A stretch of DNA of 31,580 bases from an uncultured bacterium (GCA_965603055.1 CBFDBN010000001.1:1-31580); one strand, 5' to 3'; counted from the first letter of the stretch, positions 17,832 through 27,613 are shown. Made by a program: numbers and translations. The notes: generated from the sequence alone by a model not told the origin.

Positions 17832-19802
17832 TTACCAATTCGTTTCAAGTTGACCGTGTATGTAATGAATTCTTTTTCCGGGATCGCTATACGATCGCCT
17901 TTCAACGGGAAAACTGGGATATGATTGCGTTGATCCATACTTTAATGACAGGTTTAAAAAATTTGTAATGCTCCATTGAATCCTGATATAACTTCTTGTT
18001 CCGATTCCATTGAGCATCTGGTTGGTTAACATTCCTGGAATATCATGTTCAAATTGGTAAAGCCGACTTTCATAATTATCTGTATCGAAAAAAGTAAGCC
18101 GCGCAGCTACATCCAAATTCGGACGTACTTTTAAGCTCGCATCTTGATATAGCAGTATGCCTTGAAAATTATAAGGATAACGAGAATCTAATTGGCTGTT
18201 GTAATGGTAATCTATCCAGTTCTTTTCTACACGACATCTCAATCTAAGAATTGATGAAGGCTGAAAATCCAGTTGCAGTCTAAGGTTTTTTTTATCACGA
18301 GGTATTACCTGTTTAAATAAGCTGTTGTACGATTCTTTTTGTTCAAATTTATATTGAACTGATAATAGCAAATTTTTAATAATCTTGTGCTCAATTCTAA
18401 AAAGGATATCTTTTCCATTTGATGGCATGGGTATGCGATAAGTACGCCAGGGGAATTTGAACTGATCGAAGTAGACCCTAATTTTTAAATTTTTAATTGG
18501 CTTGATTTGAAATCCGGTATAAATTCCTTGTTCATTTTGTGGATTATCGCTGCTTTCACTGAAGCTATTTCCATAAAAGCTGATAAAATCTTTTGAATAT
18601 TTTCTGCCAAGAACGATAAAATCCAGGTATTGAGATTCCATTAGAACGCCAGATAATAATCCAAAACCTTTGTTCTTAGAACGTGCTATTTCTCCGAATA
18701 AATTAAATTGCCCCAGGATCAAATTATAGTCAATTCCAATTAGCTCATTTATTTTGCCTTCAAAAGAAAACCGATGTAAATTTTCATCCTGAATGGCTGC
18801 TACTCGATTGAAAATTGATCGATAATAAGTTGTTCCCAGTGAAAAATTGGGTGCCGGTTTGATCAAAACACGACCGCCAATTAGCTGCTCATTCAATCGA
18901 TCTTTCTTGCTCATCTCCACAGCATTGCGATGGTAGCCTGAAGTGTAAAAATTTTTTACAGTCCCATCATCATTTAAGGTGGCATCCCGTTGAGTGTCGG
19001 AAATGAATAAGAAAAACTGGTAAATTTTGAAACAAAATTGACCCGCTACCCCGTAAAGTGAAGCATTTTCGTCCACTATCGTATACTCCAGCAACTCTCT
19101 TTCACGCCGCCTGGCTGGAAAAATGGGATCACTTCCTTTATAATAACCATAAGGACTGCTAAAGATCAATCCCCGGGCAAATTCTAAGCGATAGTTACCT
19201 ATTATCAATCTGTCTTTATTAGAATTACCGCGATAACTTAGAAAATATAGTCTCAAATCATCGATTCGATGTTCTCCGCTATCTTTTTCTAATAGCAAAC
19301 CAGCCCGAATAATCTTGCCATAATTTATGTTAACCCGATTATATATTTTTGTCGGTGAAAAATAAGAAGCACTATCTTCACCACTTCCCGGTTTTTCGAT
19401 TTTTCTAATAAATCGAGTTTTGGCTGAAACAGAAAATTGCCTTCCCATCTTTGAAGATGAAACCGTGAGATATTGTTGGAGAATTAAAATTAGGTCGGGA
19501 CTTATATTTTCTACCTGTGTTAATTCTTCAACAGTTTTGAAACTTCCGTACTGTTCCCGATAACTGCTAATCGAAAAAGCCAGGACATTTGATATCCAGG
19601 GAAGGACTGCCAGTTGTTCTGCTGTTGCGTGATTGAGATCAATGGGATTTTTTTCTAATTCAGCCAGCATTTCCAGCAAGTCGGAAATATCCGAATATTC
19701 TCTTTGTCGCTCCAAAAGTTGATCGATCTCTGGTTCCTGGGCTAATAGTAATGAAGAGAAACAAACCAAACAGATGACTATAAATTTTAGCTTATCACTC
19801 AT
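17832..19802 (-). CDS. Exported protein with N-terminal ComEA-like helix-hairpin-helix domain and predicted C-terminal outer-membrane beta-barrel, 656 aa
   Basis: Signal peptide; PIDLNHATAEQLAVLPWI...YREQYGSFKTVEELTQV (HhH); LEKDSGE motif; alternating aromatic beta-strands; terminal W. Confidence 0.8.
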   Translation of the reverse strand: MSDKLKFIVICLVCFSSLLLAQEPEIDQLLERQREYSDISDLLEMLAELEKNPIDLNHATAEQLAVLPWISNVLAFSISSYREQYGSFKTVEELTQVENISPDLILILQQYLTVSSSKMGRQFSVSAKTRFIRKIEKPGSGEDSASYFSPTKIYNRVNINYGKIIRAGLLLEKDSGEHRIDDLRLYFLSYRGNSNKDRLIIGNYRLEFARGLIFSSPYGYYKGSDPIFPARRRERELLEYTIVDENASLYGVAGQFCFKIYQFFLFISDTQRDATLNDDGTVKNFYTSGYHRNAVEMSKKDRLNEQLIGGRVLIKPAPNFSLGTTYYRSIFNRVAAIQDENLHRFSFEGKINELIGIDYNLILGQFNLFGEIARSKNKGFGLLSGVLMESQYLDFIVLGRKYSKDFISFYGNSFSESSDNPQNEQGIYTGFQIKPIKNLKIRVYFDQFKFPWRTYRIPMPSNGKDILFRIEHKIIKNLLLSVQYKFEQKESYNSLFKQVIPRDKKNLRLQLDFQPSSILRLRCRVEKNWIDYHYNSQLDSRYPYNFQGILLYQDASLKVRPNLDVAARLTFFDTDNYESRLYQFEHDIPGMLTNQMLNGIGTRSYIRIQWSITNFLNLSLKYGSTQSYPSFPVERRSYSDPGKRIHYIHGQLETNW

Positions 19803-19842
19803 GAGTTGTCACCTAAAAAGTAGGACAAATTGCCAATTTGTT

Positions 19843-20946
19843 CTACAGTTCGATATAAGACTTAATTTTCTGGAGCTTTGCATTACCGATCCCTTTAACC
19901 TGGCATAACTCCTCCAGGCTTTTGAATTTCCCATTCAGATTGCGGTAGTCAATTATTCTCCGTGCTAATGTAGAACCGATTCCCGGAATTCTTTGTAATT
20001 GCTGTTGAGTTGCTGTATTTATGTTTATTTTTGCAATAGAATCGGTGGTTCGTTCAAAATCTTTTTGTGTCTGAACAGCATGCGCTTTTCGATTGTTAAG
20101 CTGCAATTGAAGTGAAAGGTGATGAGATAATCCCAGACTCTGGTGAGTTGTGACCGCGTAATCTACTTGAAAGTTTGAAAAAAGAAATCCAAACCCGGCG
20201 CAAAATTGAGCCGGTTCAGTTGAAAAACCAGAGCGAAGCGCAATTCTTTGAAATAATAAGTATTCCATGCCGCATCTAAATTCTAAGGGAAACATGGAGT
20301 CTTTGAAAACATCCAGGTTTAATATTAATCCATCCACTGGAAAAATAGCTACTCCAGTACAAAAAGTTTGTGGCAGTTTGTCATGATTTCGCCCCATTGT
20401 GGCTCTATTCAGATTGGTCGCAAAAAATCCCCAGTTTAGTTTTGGCGTCAATTGAACTAAAAATCCAAAATCAGCTCCAAAAGAAAAATCTGAACCATAA
20501 CCGCTTATTTGTAGTTTCATATAATGTAAATTGAAGCCATAAAAGATATTATGTTTCGCAGATCTGTTTACAGACACCAAAAACGATTGTTCACGATAAA
20601 ATTCGTTTCCAAAGCTAATTAAGCCGGTTGCGAAAGTGCCAATGGAAGTGGAAAAAGTCGCTGCCAGTGAGCCATAATTTAGTTCCTTCATTCCAAAAGG
20701 TCGGGTATAATAAGCTGAAAAAGCAGTGCAGTTCAATTGAGCCAGTCCACTACAGTTGATAAAAATAGCACCAGGGGTATTGGCAAGTCCAACATAAGCC
20801 TGTCCCATGGCTTGAATTCTGGCGCTGCTCCCTTTCAGCTCAAAACCGGCGTGAATATTTGTTTGGACTAACAGCAAGATATAGCATGTTATTAGGAAGT
20901 GCTTTTTGAAATTAAGAAAGAAGGTAAATATTTTCTTGACTCTCAT
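19843..20946 (-). CDS. PorV/UPF0164-like outer-membrane beta-barrel fused to a C-terminal ComEA HhH DNA-binding domain, 367 aa
   Basis: Signal peptide; [16 protein letters not shown]...[10 protein letters not shown] (PorV/FadL-like N-terminal motif); beta-strand body; [49 protein letters not shown] (ComEA). Confidence 0.82.
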   Translation of the reverse strand: MRVKKIFTFFLNFKKHFLITCYILLLVQTNIHAGFELKGSSARIQAMGQAYVGLANTPGAIFINCSGLAQLNCTAFSAYYTRPFGMKELNYGSLAATFSTSIGTFATGLISFGNEFYREQSFLVSVNRSAKHNIFYGFNLHYMKLQISGYGSDFSFGADFGFLVQLTPKLNWGFFATNLNRATMGRNHDKLPQTFCTGVAIFPVDGLILNLDVFKDSMFPLEFRCGMEYLLFQRIALRSGFSTEPAQFCAGFGFLFSNFQVDYAVTTHQSLGLSHHLSLQLQLNNRKAHAVQTQKDFERTTDSIAKININTATQQQLQRIPGIGSTLARRIIDYRNLNGKFKSLEELCQVKGIGNAKLQKIKSYIEL

Positions 20947-21024
20947 GTTAAAAGCAATTTTTTTTTAATGATTCAATAGATATTTTGTTTGTTCCACCAT
21001 ATATCTAAAACAATAGTCTTATAT

Positions 21025-21096
21025 TAACCGCAGAGATCGCCGAGATTAATAAGAAAATATTTCTAACTCTGCGTCTTTCTATGATATCTGCGGTTA
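21025..21096. repeat. 9-nt-period REP-like element with both inverted arms
   Basis: taaccgcagagatcgccgaga (21025-21045) ... ctctgcgtctttctatgatatctgcggtta (21067-21096); terminal taaccgcaga/tctgcggtta is a perfect 10-bp inverted pair. Confidence 0.85.
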
Positions 21097-21179
21097 GAAA
21101 TTTTTGTGTCAGTTCAGTTTTTGTGTCCAAAATAGCTCTACCTTTTATTCAAAAATTTGACCGTTTAAGGAGAAAACTC

Positions 21180-22079
21180 ATGACAAACCAGAAAGTTATG
21201 CTTGAAAAAAGAAACCAGGGATTAAGCTATTTTAGTACTATATTATTTATATTATTTACAGTATGGATTTTTCATTCAAATACTTACGCCCAATCCATTA
21301 TTGTCACCGTTGATTTAGAATTGAATGCCCTGCCCGATGAGAATCGTGTAAAACTTCAAGACTTCAAGCAGGTTCTGGAAGATTATCTCAATAATTATAA
21401 ATGGACAAAAGACGAATTCGTTGGTGAATTGAAAATTAATTGGTCATTAGTTTTACAAGATATTAGTGTTAGCTACCAGGATCGTTATAAGGCTCAATTG
21501 TTAGTTACCAATAATTCTGATGTTCAATACGCTGATAAACGCTGTCGATTTGCATACCAGAAAGGAGAAATCCCGGTCCATTCAGATAATAATTGGGAAT
21601 CCCTGACCAGCTTATTAGATTTTTACATGAATATTATAATTGCAGAAGAAATGGATAAATTTGGTCATTTATTAGGAACTCCTTATTTTGAAAGAGCAAA
21701 ATTAATCGCTGAACAAGCAAGGTTTGGATTGGGGCAGTTCATAGAAGGCTGGGACCTTCGTGTCGAATTGATCGTAAACTTATTAAGCGAGAGAACCAGA
21801 AAATACCGCGAGATGAAAGATTTTTATTTCTATGGATTGTACTTTGCCAAAGAAGATCCCAATAAAGCCAGAACCTATATCAAAGAAGCGATTAACATGC
21901 TTGAAGAAATTCAAAAAGATGAAAACCCAAAGTTTAAACGATGTACCAAGTTTTTGGAAGCACATCATATAGAAATTGTTGAGTTATTTAAAAATTCAAA
22001 TGATAGCCAGGTGTTTCAAAAATTGATTAAGCTTGATCCTGATCGAGCAAATATATATCAAGACAATATGAAATTTTAG
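21180..22079 (+). CDS. DUF4835-family protein (annotated as T9SS PorD in Bacteroidota), 299 aa
   Basis: LEDYLNNYKWT, LTSLLDFYMNIIIAEEMDKF...GTPYFERA and GWDLR segments recalled for DUF4835. Start moved to ATG 21180 (AAGGAG RBS). Confidence 0.75.
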   Translation: MTNQKVMLEKRNQGLSYFSTILFILFTVWIFHSNTYAQSIIVTVDLELNALPDENRVKLQDFKQVLEDYLNNYKWTKDEFVGELKINWSLVLQDISVSYQDRYKAQLLVTNNSDVQYADKRCRFAYQKGEIPVHSDNNWESLTSLLDFYMNIIIAEEMDKFGHLLGTPYFERAKLIAEQARFGLGQFIEGWDLRVELIVNLLSERTRKYREMKDFYFYGLYFAKEDPNKARTYIKEAINMLEEIQKDENPKFKRCTKFLEAHHIEIVELFKNSNDSQVFQKLIKLDPDRANIYQDNMKF

Positions 22080-22176
22080 GGGATGGGATAAAATAACCAG
22101 GACATTTCAATTTTCATAAAATTTAGAAATAATGACTTATGTAGTTTAAATGGGAAAGTTATATTATCCCACTCCC

Positions 22177-23415
22177 TTAATCCCCGGTTTTAAATATAAA
22201 ACTGTAATCTAAAGGTAATAAATTCCCCCACGCATCACTGCAAGTCGTATCTATGGTAACCGTATAAAAAGTGTTGGCTTGCAGCTTTGTTGATCCTGTA
22301 TATTGAAATCTCGTAAAATCGCTCCACTGAAAATTCCAACCGGATATTGCTGGCGAGAGTAAAAATGCCCTTTCCGCCAAATCCTGGTTTACATTCGTAT
22401 TAAAGGTGATCGTAATTGGGGTGGAACGACTGACAGCAGTCGCTCCGTTTGTCGGAAAATTCGATGTTATCCGGAGCGGTTCGGTTTCGAATGTAAATAC
22501 TTCCTCCTGTTCAAGCAAGTTGCCATAGATGTCTTTCGCATCGGAACTTATTGTAATGATATAAGATGTGTTGCTTGCCAGGTAACTTCCCGGTTGAAAA
22601 CTGACTCGCCGGGAATCAAACCATTTAAAATTACCCATTTTTACCGGTGTGATCGAAAAACTCTGCTCTACACTTTGATGATCCATTCTGGAATTAAAAT
22701 AGACGTAGATCCAGGTCTGGGGGGCAATGAAAGAAGCATCGTTTTCTGGAATGGTGGATACGATTTTCACTCCTTCGGTTTTAAAGTATGATTCAAACTT
22801 AAAAGACAATGGCTTCCCATTGCTCGTTTTTGTATCGGTTGTCAAATTGATCACGTAATAGCAGTTTGAAATGTACTGATCATCTGGATAAAATGATAGC
22901 TTGCTATTCCCGGAAATAATTTCCCAGGCAAACCTGCCACTCACAGCCGGAGCAAGAGAAAAACTATTTTCAACTGAATTATGATCCATCAGGGTGCTGA
23001 ACTGAACCTGGATTGGAGCTGTTAGCGCAAAATCCTGTTCACCAGAAACCGGGATAAAACTCATGATCTGTTCCGGGTATGGTTTGAGATGAATATCCCG
23101 GATGGTTGTCACCTGTCCCGGGTTAACAGTTACTTCATTTAAAATTTGACGTCCATAATTACTTGCGGAGAACTCAAGATTATAGATTCCGGCGAAAACA
23201 CTATCGAGTACAAAGTAACCTGATGAATCAGGAGCAGTCGTTTGAAGGAGTGTTCCCTGGAACAATTCAACCTGAACTTCTATTCCTTCCGGTTTCACCA
23301 AACCCGCAATTTTTCCTGGTCTATCTTGAGGAGAATAAGCCTGTTCCCCGGTACAACTGGTAAGGAGAAATAAAAGCAAAATGAACAACAATTTTAAAGT
23401 GCGTGCTGTACCCAT
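22177..23415 (-). CDS. Lipoprotein with carboxypeptidase-regulatory-like domain and three SbsA/Big_5 Ig-like repeats, 412 aa
   Basis: Lipobox LTSC, GGAGG RBS. Three repeats of pattern P..G...V....I.V.F...MD..SVE.SF...P...G.F.W. Confidence 0.85.
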   Translation of the reverse strand: MGTARTLKLLFILLLFLLTSCTGEQAYSPQDRPGKIAGLVKPEGIEVQVELFQGTLLQTTAPDSSGYFVLDSVFAGIYNLEFSASNYGRQILNEVTVNPGQVTTIRDIHLKPYPEQIMSFIPVSGEQDFALTAPIQVQFSTLMDHNSVENSFSLAPAVSGRFAWEIISGNSKLSFYPDDQYISNCYYVINLTTDTKTSNGKPLSFKFESYFKTEGVKIVSTIPENDASFIAPQTWIYVYFNSRMDHQSVEQSFSITPVKMGNFKWFDSRRVSFQPGSYLASNTSYIITISSDAKDIYGNLLEQEEVFTFETEPLRITSNFPTNGATAVSRSTPITITFNTNVNQDLAERAFLLSPAISGWNFQWSDFTRFQYTGSTKLQANTFYTVTIDTTCSDAWGNLLPLDYSFIFKTGD

Positions 23416-23504
23416 TAGATCCTCCCCACAAAGTTTAACCACTTCTAAGTCTACTCAGTCAAATTATTCTTATGATATTAATTTTTTTTATGTTATCTCA
23501 AATA

Positions 23505-23568
23505 AAATCCCCCTAAATCCCCCTTCAAAGGGGACTTTCCAGGTTTCCCCCTTTGAAGGGGATGTTTA
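23505..23568. repeat. REP doublet (REPIN-like): two inverted copies of a CCCCTT-NN-AAGGGG hairpin
   Basis: ccccttcaaagggg (23520-23533) is the exact reverse complement of cccctttgaagggg (23548-23561); preceded by aaatccccctaaat. Confidence 0.85.
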
Positions 23569-23682
23569 GAACTGAAATAATTAACGAATATTTTTTATTA
23601 ATGTCAAGTTTTTTTTATTTATCTTACTGAGTTTTAAGGGCTATCGATTTTTAAGTAAATTTGAGGAAATTTAACTTTTTGC

Positions 23683-23711
23683 TTGCTATTTTAAAATAAA
23701 TATGTTAAAAT
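23683..23711 (+). promoter_or_regulatory. Sigma70-type promoter for the solute-binding protein / kinase genes
   Basis: TTGCTA (23683-23688), 17-nt spacer, extended -10 TGn-TAAAAT (23706-23711). Confidence 0.5.
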
Positions 23712-23878
23712 AAATGTTTGTGAATTATCCAAAACCCGGTCGAGGACAAGAGTTTGCAAAAAACATTTTTAGGGAAACAGAAATAGAATTTGGCACAGAA
23801 GTAATTTGATTGTTGAGCTACTTAAAGTTAGCGGCAAGCCATCTTTAATTTGAAGAATAATTAGGGAAATAAAAAATT

Positions 23879-25099
23879 TTGAGAAATAAAATTTTCCAAT
23901 CTATTATTCATAATCTCAGTTTAACGATATTATTGGGCGGAATGTTAATTTTACCGCCCGGCAAAGCTGCTTTTTCACAGGTTATGAATGGTAAATATTC
24001 GCATGATCTGGTTGTGGGGGAGTTGTTAGGCAAGGTGGACCCGGTTGATCTCTGGAAATTGATTGAAAATAAATATTACCCGGTTTTCAGTAATGATTTA
24101 AATGTAGAGATAGAAAAAGTAAAAGATTCAAAACGAGAGATAATTTATAAAGTACATTATCCAGCAGGAAATTTTTTCGATCATCCCGGGCGAATTATTT
24201 TCAAATTTTATGAATCAGAAAACAGCTTAATTGTTGCTCTTATTACAGAGGAAGTTGATTTTGCAATTACAGAAAGCTATACTGCTGCAGAAGAAGTGGA
24301 CAAATCGACCTCTTGTTTTAGAGTACATTTTCGATATAAAAATCCCAATCATGTTAAAATGATCGCCTACAATAATCAGCATTACATTTTAAAGCATCCC
24401 AACATACGGCAGGCTTTAACTTACGCAATCAATCGCAGCTATATTCTCGAAAAAATTTTAGGGCGTGCAGCATATTTGGCGGACGGACCATTCTCCCGTG
24501 AATCTAAGCTTCACCTTTCAGTAGATGAATATAAATTCAATCCCAAAAGAGCAATCCAATTGTTACAGCAGGATAATTGGAATGATTCTGATGGGGATGG
24601 TGTTCTGGATAAGAGTGGACAACCTTTTCGGATTTCAATAATTTATGAAAAAGGTGTCTTACTGGAGGAACAATTAGCCACCCGGATCAAAATTGAGTGG
24701 AATAAAATTGGCATCGATGTGATCCGCAAGCCATTAGTAAAAAGTGAGATTAAGAAAAAATTAGCAAAGAAAGATTATGGTGTAATTCTGGTCAGTCATA
24801 TCTTTGAGGAAACAATCGAAAGTTTTGAAGCATTTTTTGGCTCTGCTGGCGATGAGAATATTTTAGGATACAAAAATAGAAGGGTTGATCATTTTATTTC
24901 GCTTCACAAAATCCAGAAAGAACCGACATCGAAGCGATTAATGCTCCAGGCAATTCTGAAACAGGTCAATAACGATCAACCGGCCACATTCCTGTTCTTT
25001 TTATGGGTCGATCGTTATTTGGTGAATCGCAAAAAGTTTGATAACTTTCAACTGAAAGGACAATTGTTACCTTTTACGGAGTGGGAGCTGAGGAACTGA
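23879..25099 (+). CDS. Family-5 (peptide/nickel type) solute-binding protein, shortened (406 aa)
   Basis: NIRQALTYAINR...ILG.A..ADGPF and YKFNPKRAIQLL...W.DSDGDGVLDKSGQPF segments; signal-peptide-like N-terminus; TTG start. Confidence 0.85.
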   Translation: MRNKIFQSIIHNLSLTILLGGMLILPPGKAAFSQVMNGKYSHDLVVGELLGKVDPVDLWKLIENKYYPVFSNDLNVEIEKVKDSKREIIYKVHYPAGNFFDHPGRIIFKFYESENSLIVALITEEVDFAITESYTAAEEVDKSTSCFRVHFRYKNPNHVKMIAYNNQHYILKHPNIRQALTYAINRSYILEKILGRAAYLADGPFSRESKLHLSVDEYKFNPKRAIQLLQQDNWNDSDGDGVLDKSGQPFRISIIYEKGVLLEEQLATRIKIEWNKIGIDVIRKPLVKSEIKKKLAKKDYGVILVSHIFEETIESFEAFFGSAGDENILGYKNRRVDHFISLHKIQKEPTSKRLMLQAILKQVNNDQPATFLFFLWVDRYLVNRKKFDNFQLKGQLLPFTEWELRN

Positions 25100-25153
25100 A
25101 AGAGTAGCTCTTCAAATCGGCGATGTGTGATCTGGTATTCTTTTTTTAATACG

Positions 25154-25204
25154 TAAAGCGTAGGGCGTTGAGCGTGGGGCGTAGCATGCACCCTACGCCC
25201 TACG
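25154..25204. repeat. Heptamer-period repeat copy with inverted arms (same family as 4402-4495)
   Basis: taaagcg tagggcg ttgagcg tggggcg tagcatg | cacccta cgcccta cg. Confidence 0.85.
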
Positions 25205-25271
25205 AGAACAATTTCCTTATACAAAAATTTTGACTCAACATGAACATTTTGTGAGTTTAACGAGATTAAGT

Positions 25272-27056
25272 ATGCCTCAAATTCAGATCAAAATAAAGCA
25301 TAAATTCATCACAAAATTATTGATTTCCCATATCTTTTTGGCTTCGATTCCCCTCATTGTCACCGGGGCTGTTCTTATTCATACCGTTCAAAAAACTGTA
25401 GAAGATACTGTTAAAGAAAGGAATATGGAATTAGCTCGTAATTTGGCTCGAATCACCAGGACGAGAATTGAAAATGCTGAAAAAACTCTTGAATTTAATG
25501 CATTGAATATCCTGAATATGGCGAAAACTCGTTTCGCTCAAGATTTATTAATCAATGAACTGGTCAGCAATTTTCCAATTTTTAGTGCTATAAAAATTTT
25601 AGACGATTCAGGACAAATTGTCATTTCCACGGTTGTTGCTGAAGATTCAGCGCGATACTGCGGAGAAAGTTTCGTTCAAAAAGTAAACCAGGGGGAAGAT
25701 TACCAGTCCGATGTATATCTTACCGAATACCAATTACCTGTCATGGACCTGGCTGAGCCAATTCATTTCTATAATGAGAATGATAGGATATTGTTGGCTG
25801 AAGTTAATCTAAAAGAGATGTGGGACCTGGTCGATAGCAGTGCGGTGGGAAATTACGGTCAGGCTTTTGTTTTTGATAAAAATGGTAGATATATTGCCCA
25901 CTCAGACCCGAGAAAGGTATATTTTAAAGAGATATTTCTGGAAAAAGAAATCCGTACTGATGTTAAAAATAATTTAGATAACCAGCGGATTTATATTAAT
26001 CGCGAAGGTATTAAAATGATTGCGGCTTATGTGGTTCTGCCAAAACTGGGTTGGGGTGTTGTCATTCAACAGCCATTACAGGAAGCATTTGCTATAGCAG
26101 CCAAAATGAGAAGACAGATTTTTTTATTTGTTGGAATTAGTATCGTGATTTCTTCAATCATCGCTTATGTTTATACGCGATGGATTGTAACGCCGGTGAA
26201 TCAACTGGTATCGGGGATCGATAAATTTTCTGCTGGTGATCTTCGATACCGGATTCCACCGCTTGGTGCCGATGAAGTGTCTATGCTGGCAGAGCGTTTT
26301 AATGAAATGGCTGAAAAATTAACAATGGTTCAGGAAAAATTAAAGCGGAGTGAACGATTAGAAACGCTAAGTAAAATGGCTTCTGTTCTTTCACATGAGA
26401 TCAGGAATCCGCTTAACGCAATGGTTGTCAATATGCAGGTGATGGAACGCGAGTTTAACCGAACAAAGCCTCGGGCAGATAAGCTTCGTCATTACCTCGG
26501 AATTGTCGCCAGCGAAATCCAGCGCGTTGACGACCTGGTGAATAATTTTCTCATGGTTGCAAAACCACCAAAACTCGATCGAAAGCAGGTAAAAATTGAT
26601 CAGCTTATTAATGATGTCATTATTTCACAACAGGCTGAAGCCTTGCAATCAGGAATCAGAATAAACAGGCAATATCATGTAAATAATTTTGATTTATTAG
26701 TAGATGAGAAAAAAATTCGACAGGTTCTGTTAAATATCTTGATCAATGCTATCCAGGCGATGCCGGGGGGAGGAAATGTCACCATTGAATTAGATTCCCT
26801 TGATGCCGCAGAAGATGATGATCAATTGGATTGGATTATAATCAGATTTCGTGATTCTGGTAAAGGGATACCAAAAGAACAATTAGTGCAGATTTTTGAT
26901 TTTTATTACTCAACAAAATTCACTGGAACCGGGTTAGGGTTATCGGTGGCTCAGCAGATTGTTGAAGAGCATGGGGGCAGAATTGAAGTTAAAAGTAAAG
27001 TTGCAACCGGGAGTGTTTTTTCGGTCTTTCTGCCAAAAATTAAAAAAAATGATTAA
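25272..27056 (+). CDS. Sensor histidine kinase (TM-Cache-TM-HAMP-HisKA-HATPase, NtrB-like), about 594 aa
   Basis: FVFDKNGRYIAHSD (Cache), HAMP, SHEIRNPL, NILINAIQAM, DSGKGI, GTGLGLS. Start uncertain (25230 or 25272). Confidence 0.95.
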   Translation: MPQIQIKIKHKFITKLLISHIFLASIPLIVTGAVLIHTVQKTVEDTVKERNMELARNLARITRTRIENAEKTLEFNALNILNMAKTRFAQDLLINELVSNFPIFSAIKILDDSGQIVISTVVAEDSARYCGESFVQKVNQGEDYQSDVYLTEYQLPVMDLAEPIHFYNENDRILLAEVNLKEMWDLVDSSAVGNYGQAFVFDKNGRYIAHSDPRKVYFKEIFLEKEIRTDVKNNLDNQRIYINREGIKMIAAYVVLPKLGWGVVIQQPLQEAFAIAAKMRRQIFLFVGISIVISSIIAYVYTRWIVTPVNQLVSGIDKFSAGDLRYRIPPLGADEVSMLAERFNEMAEKLTMVQEKLKRSERLETLSKMASVLSHEIRNPLNAMVVNMQVMEREFNRTKPRADKLRHYLGIVASEIQRVDDLVNNFLMVAKPPKLDRKQVKIDQLINDVIISQQAEALQSGIRINRQYHVNNFDLLVDEKKIRQVLLNILINAIQAMPGGGNVTIELDSLDAAEDDDQLDWIIIRFRDSGKGIPKEQLVQIFDFYYSTKFTGTGLGLSVAQQIVEEHGGRIEVKSKVATGSVFSVFLPKIKKND

Positions 27057-27093
27057 AAAAAAAGAAAAAATTATTAATATTTTAATCAATCGC

Positions 27094-27122
27094 TTGACTT
27101 CTGGAAATTTATTTAGTATATT
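27094..27122 (+). promoter_or_regulatory. Sigma70-type promoter upstream of rpsU
   Basis: TTGACT (27094-27099), 17-nt spacer, TATATT (27117-27122). Confidence 0.65.
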
Positions 27123-27424
27123 AAATTTGTAATTCTTCTGCCAGGTCCTTTGATAATTGGTGATAGAATTAGGTAGAAAATTTTGTAATTGAGCTGCAAT
27201 AATGTAAATTACCTGATTGACGCAATTAATTCTGATTTAATCAGTTACAGTTGAAATTGTTTCAATAATTTCACTGCCGTTTCTTTTTATTCAATAATCA
27301 TAATGGGTGTGAAAATATTTTAAAAGGTGAGGAACTTTACGTTTATGCCTTAGTATAAGACCAGAATATAAATAAATCGGTTTGCTGCTTGTGAAAAATA
27401 GGGAGTGAAAGGATGTGATTTAGC

Positions 27425-27613
27425 ATGATTAAAGTGATCGTTGGTGAAAATGAATCAATAGATCGCGCAATAATAAGATTTAAGAAGAAATGCCAACAGT
27501 CAGGAATTTTACGTGATTATCGAAAAAACAGTTATTTTCTTAAGCCGAGTCAGAAAAAAAGACTGAAACGTGATAAAGCGATTCGGAGACTAAAAAGAAT
27601 AATAGAGACTTAA
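27425..27613 (+). CDS. rpsU: 30S ribosomal protein S21
   Basis: MIKVIVGENESIDRAIIRFKKKCQQSGILRDYRKNSYFLKPSQKKR matches the S21 pattern. Confidence 0.95.
   Translation: MIKVIVGENESIDRAIIRFKKKCQQSGILRDYRKNSYFLKPSQKKRLKRDKAIRRLKRIIET

Noticed and set aside
21081-21179. N-terminal extension of the DUF4835 ORF
   Set aside because: It begins inside the repeat element, and a strong AAGGAG precedes ATG 21180.
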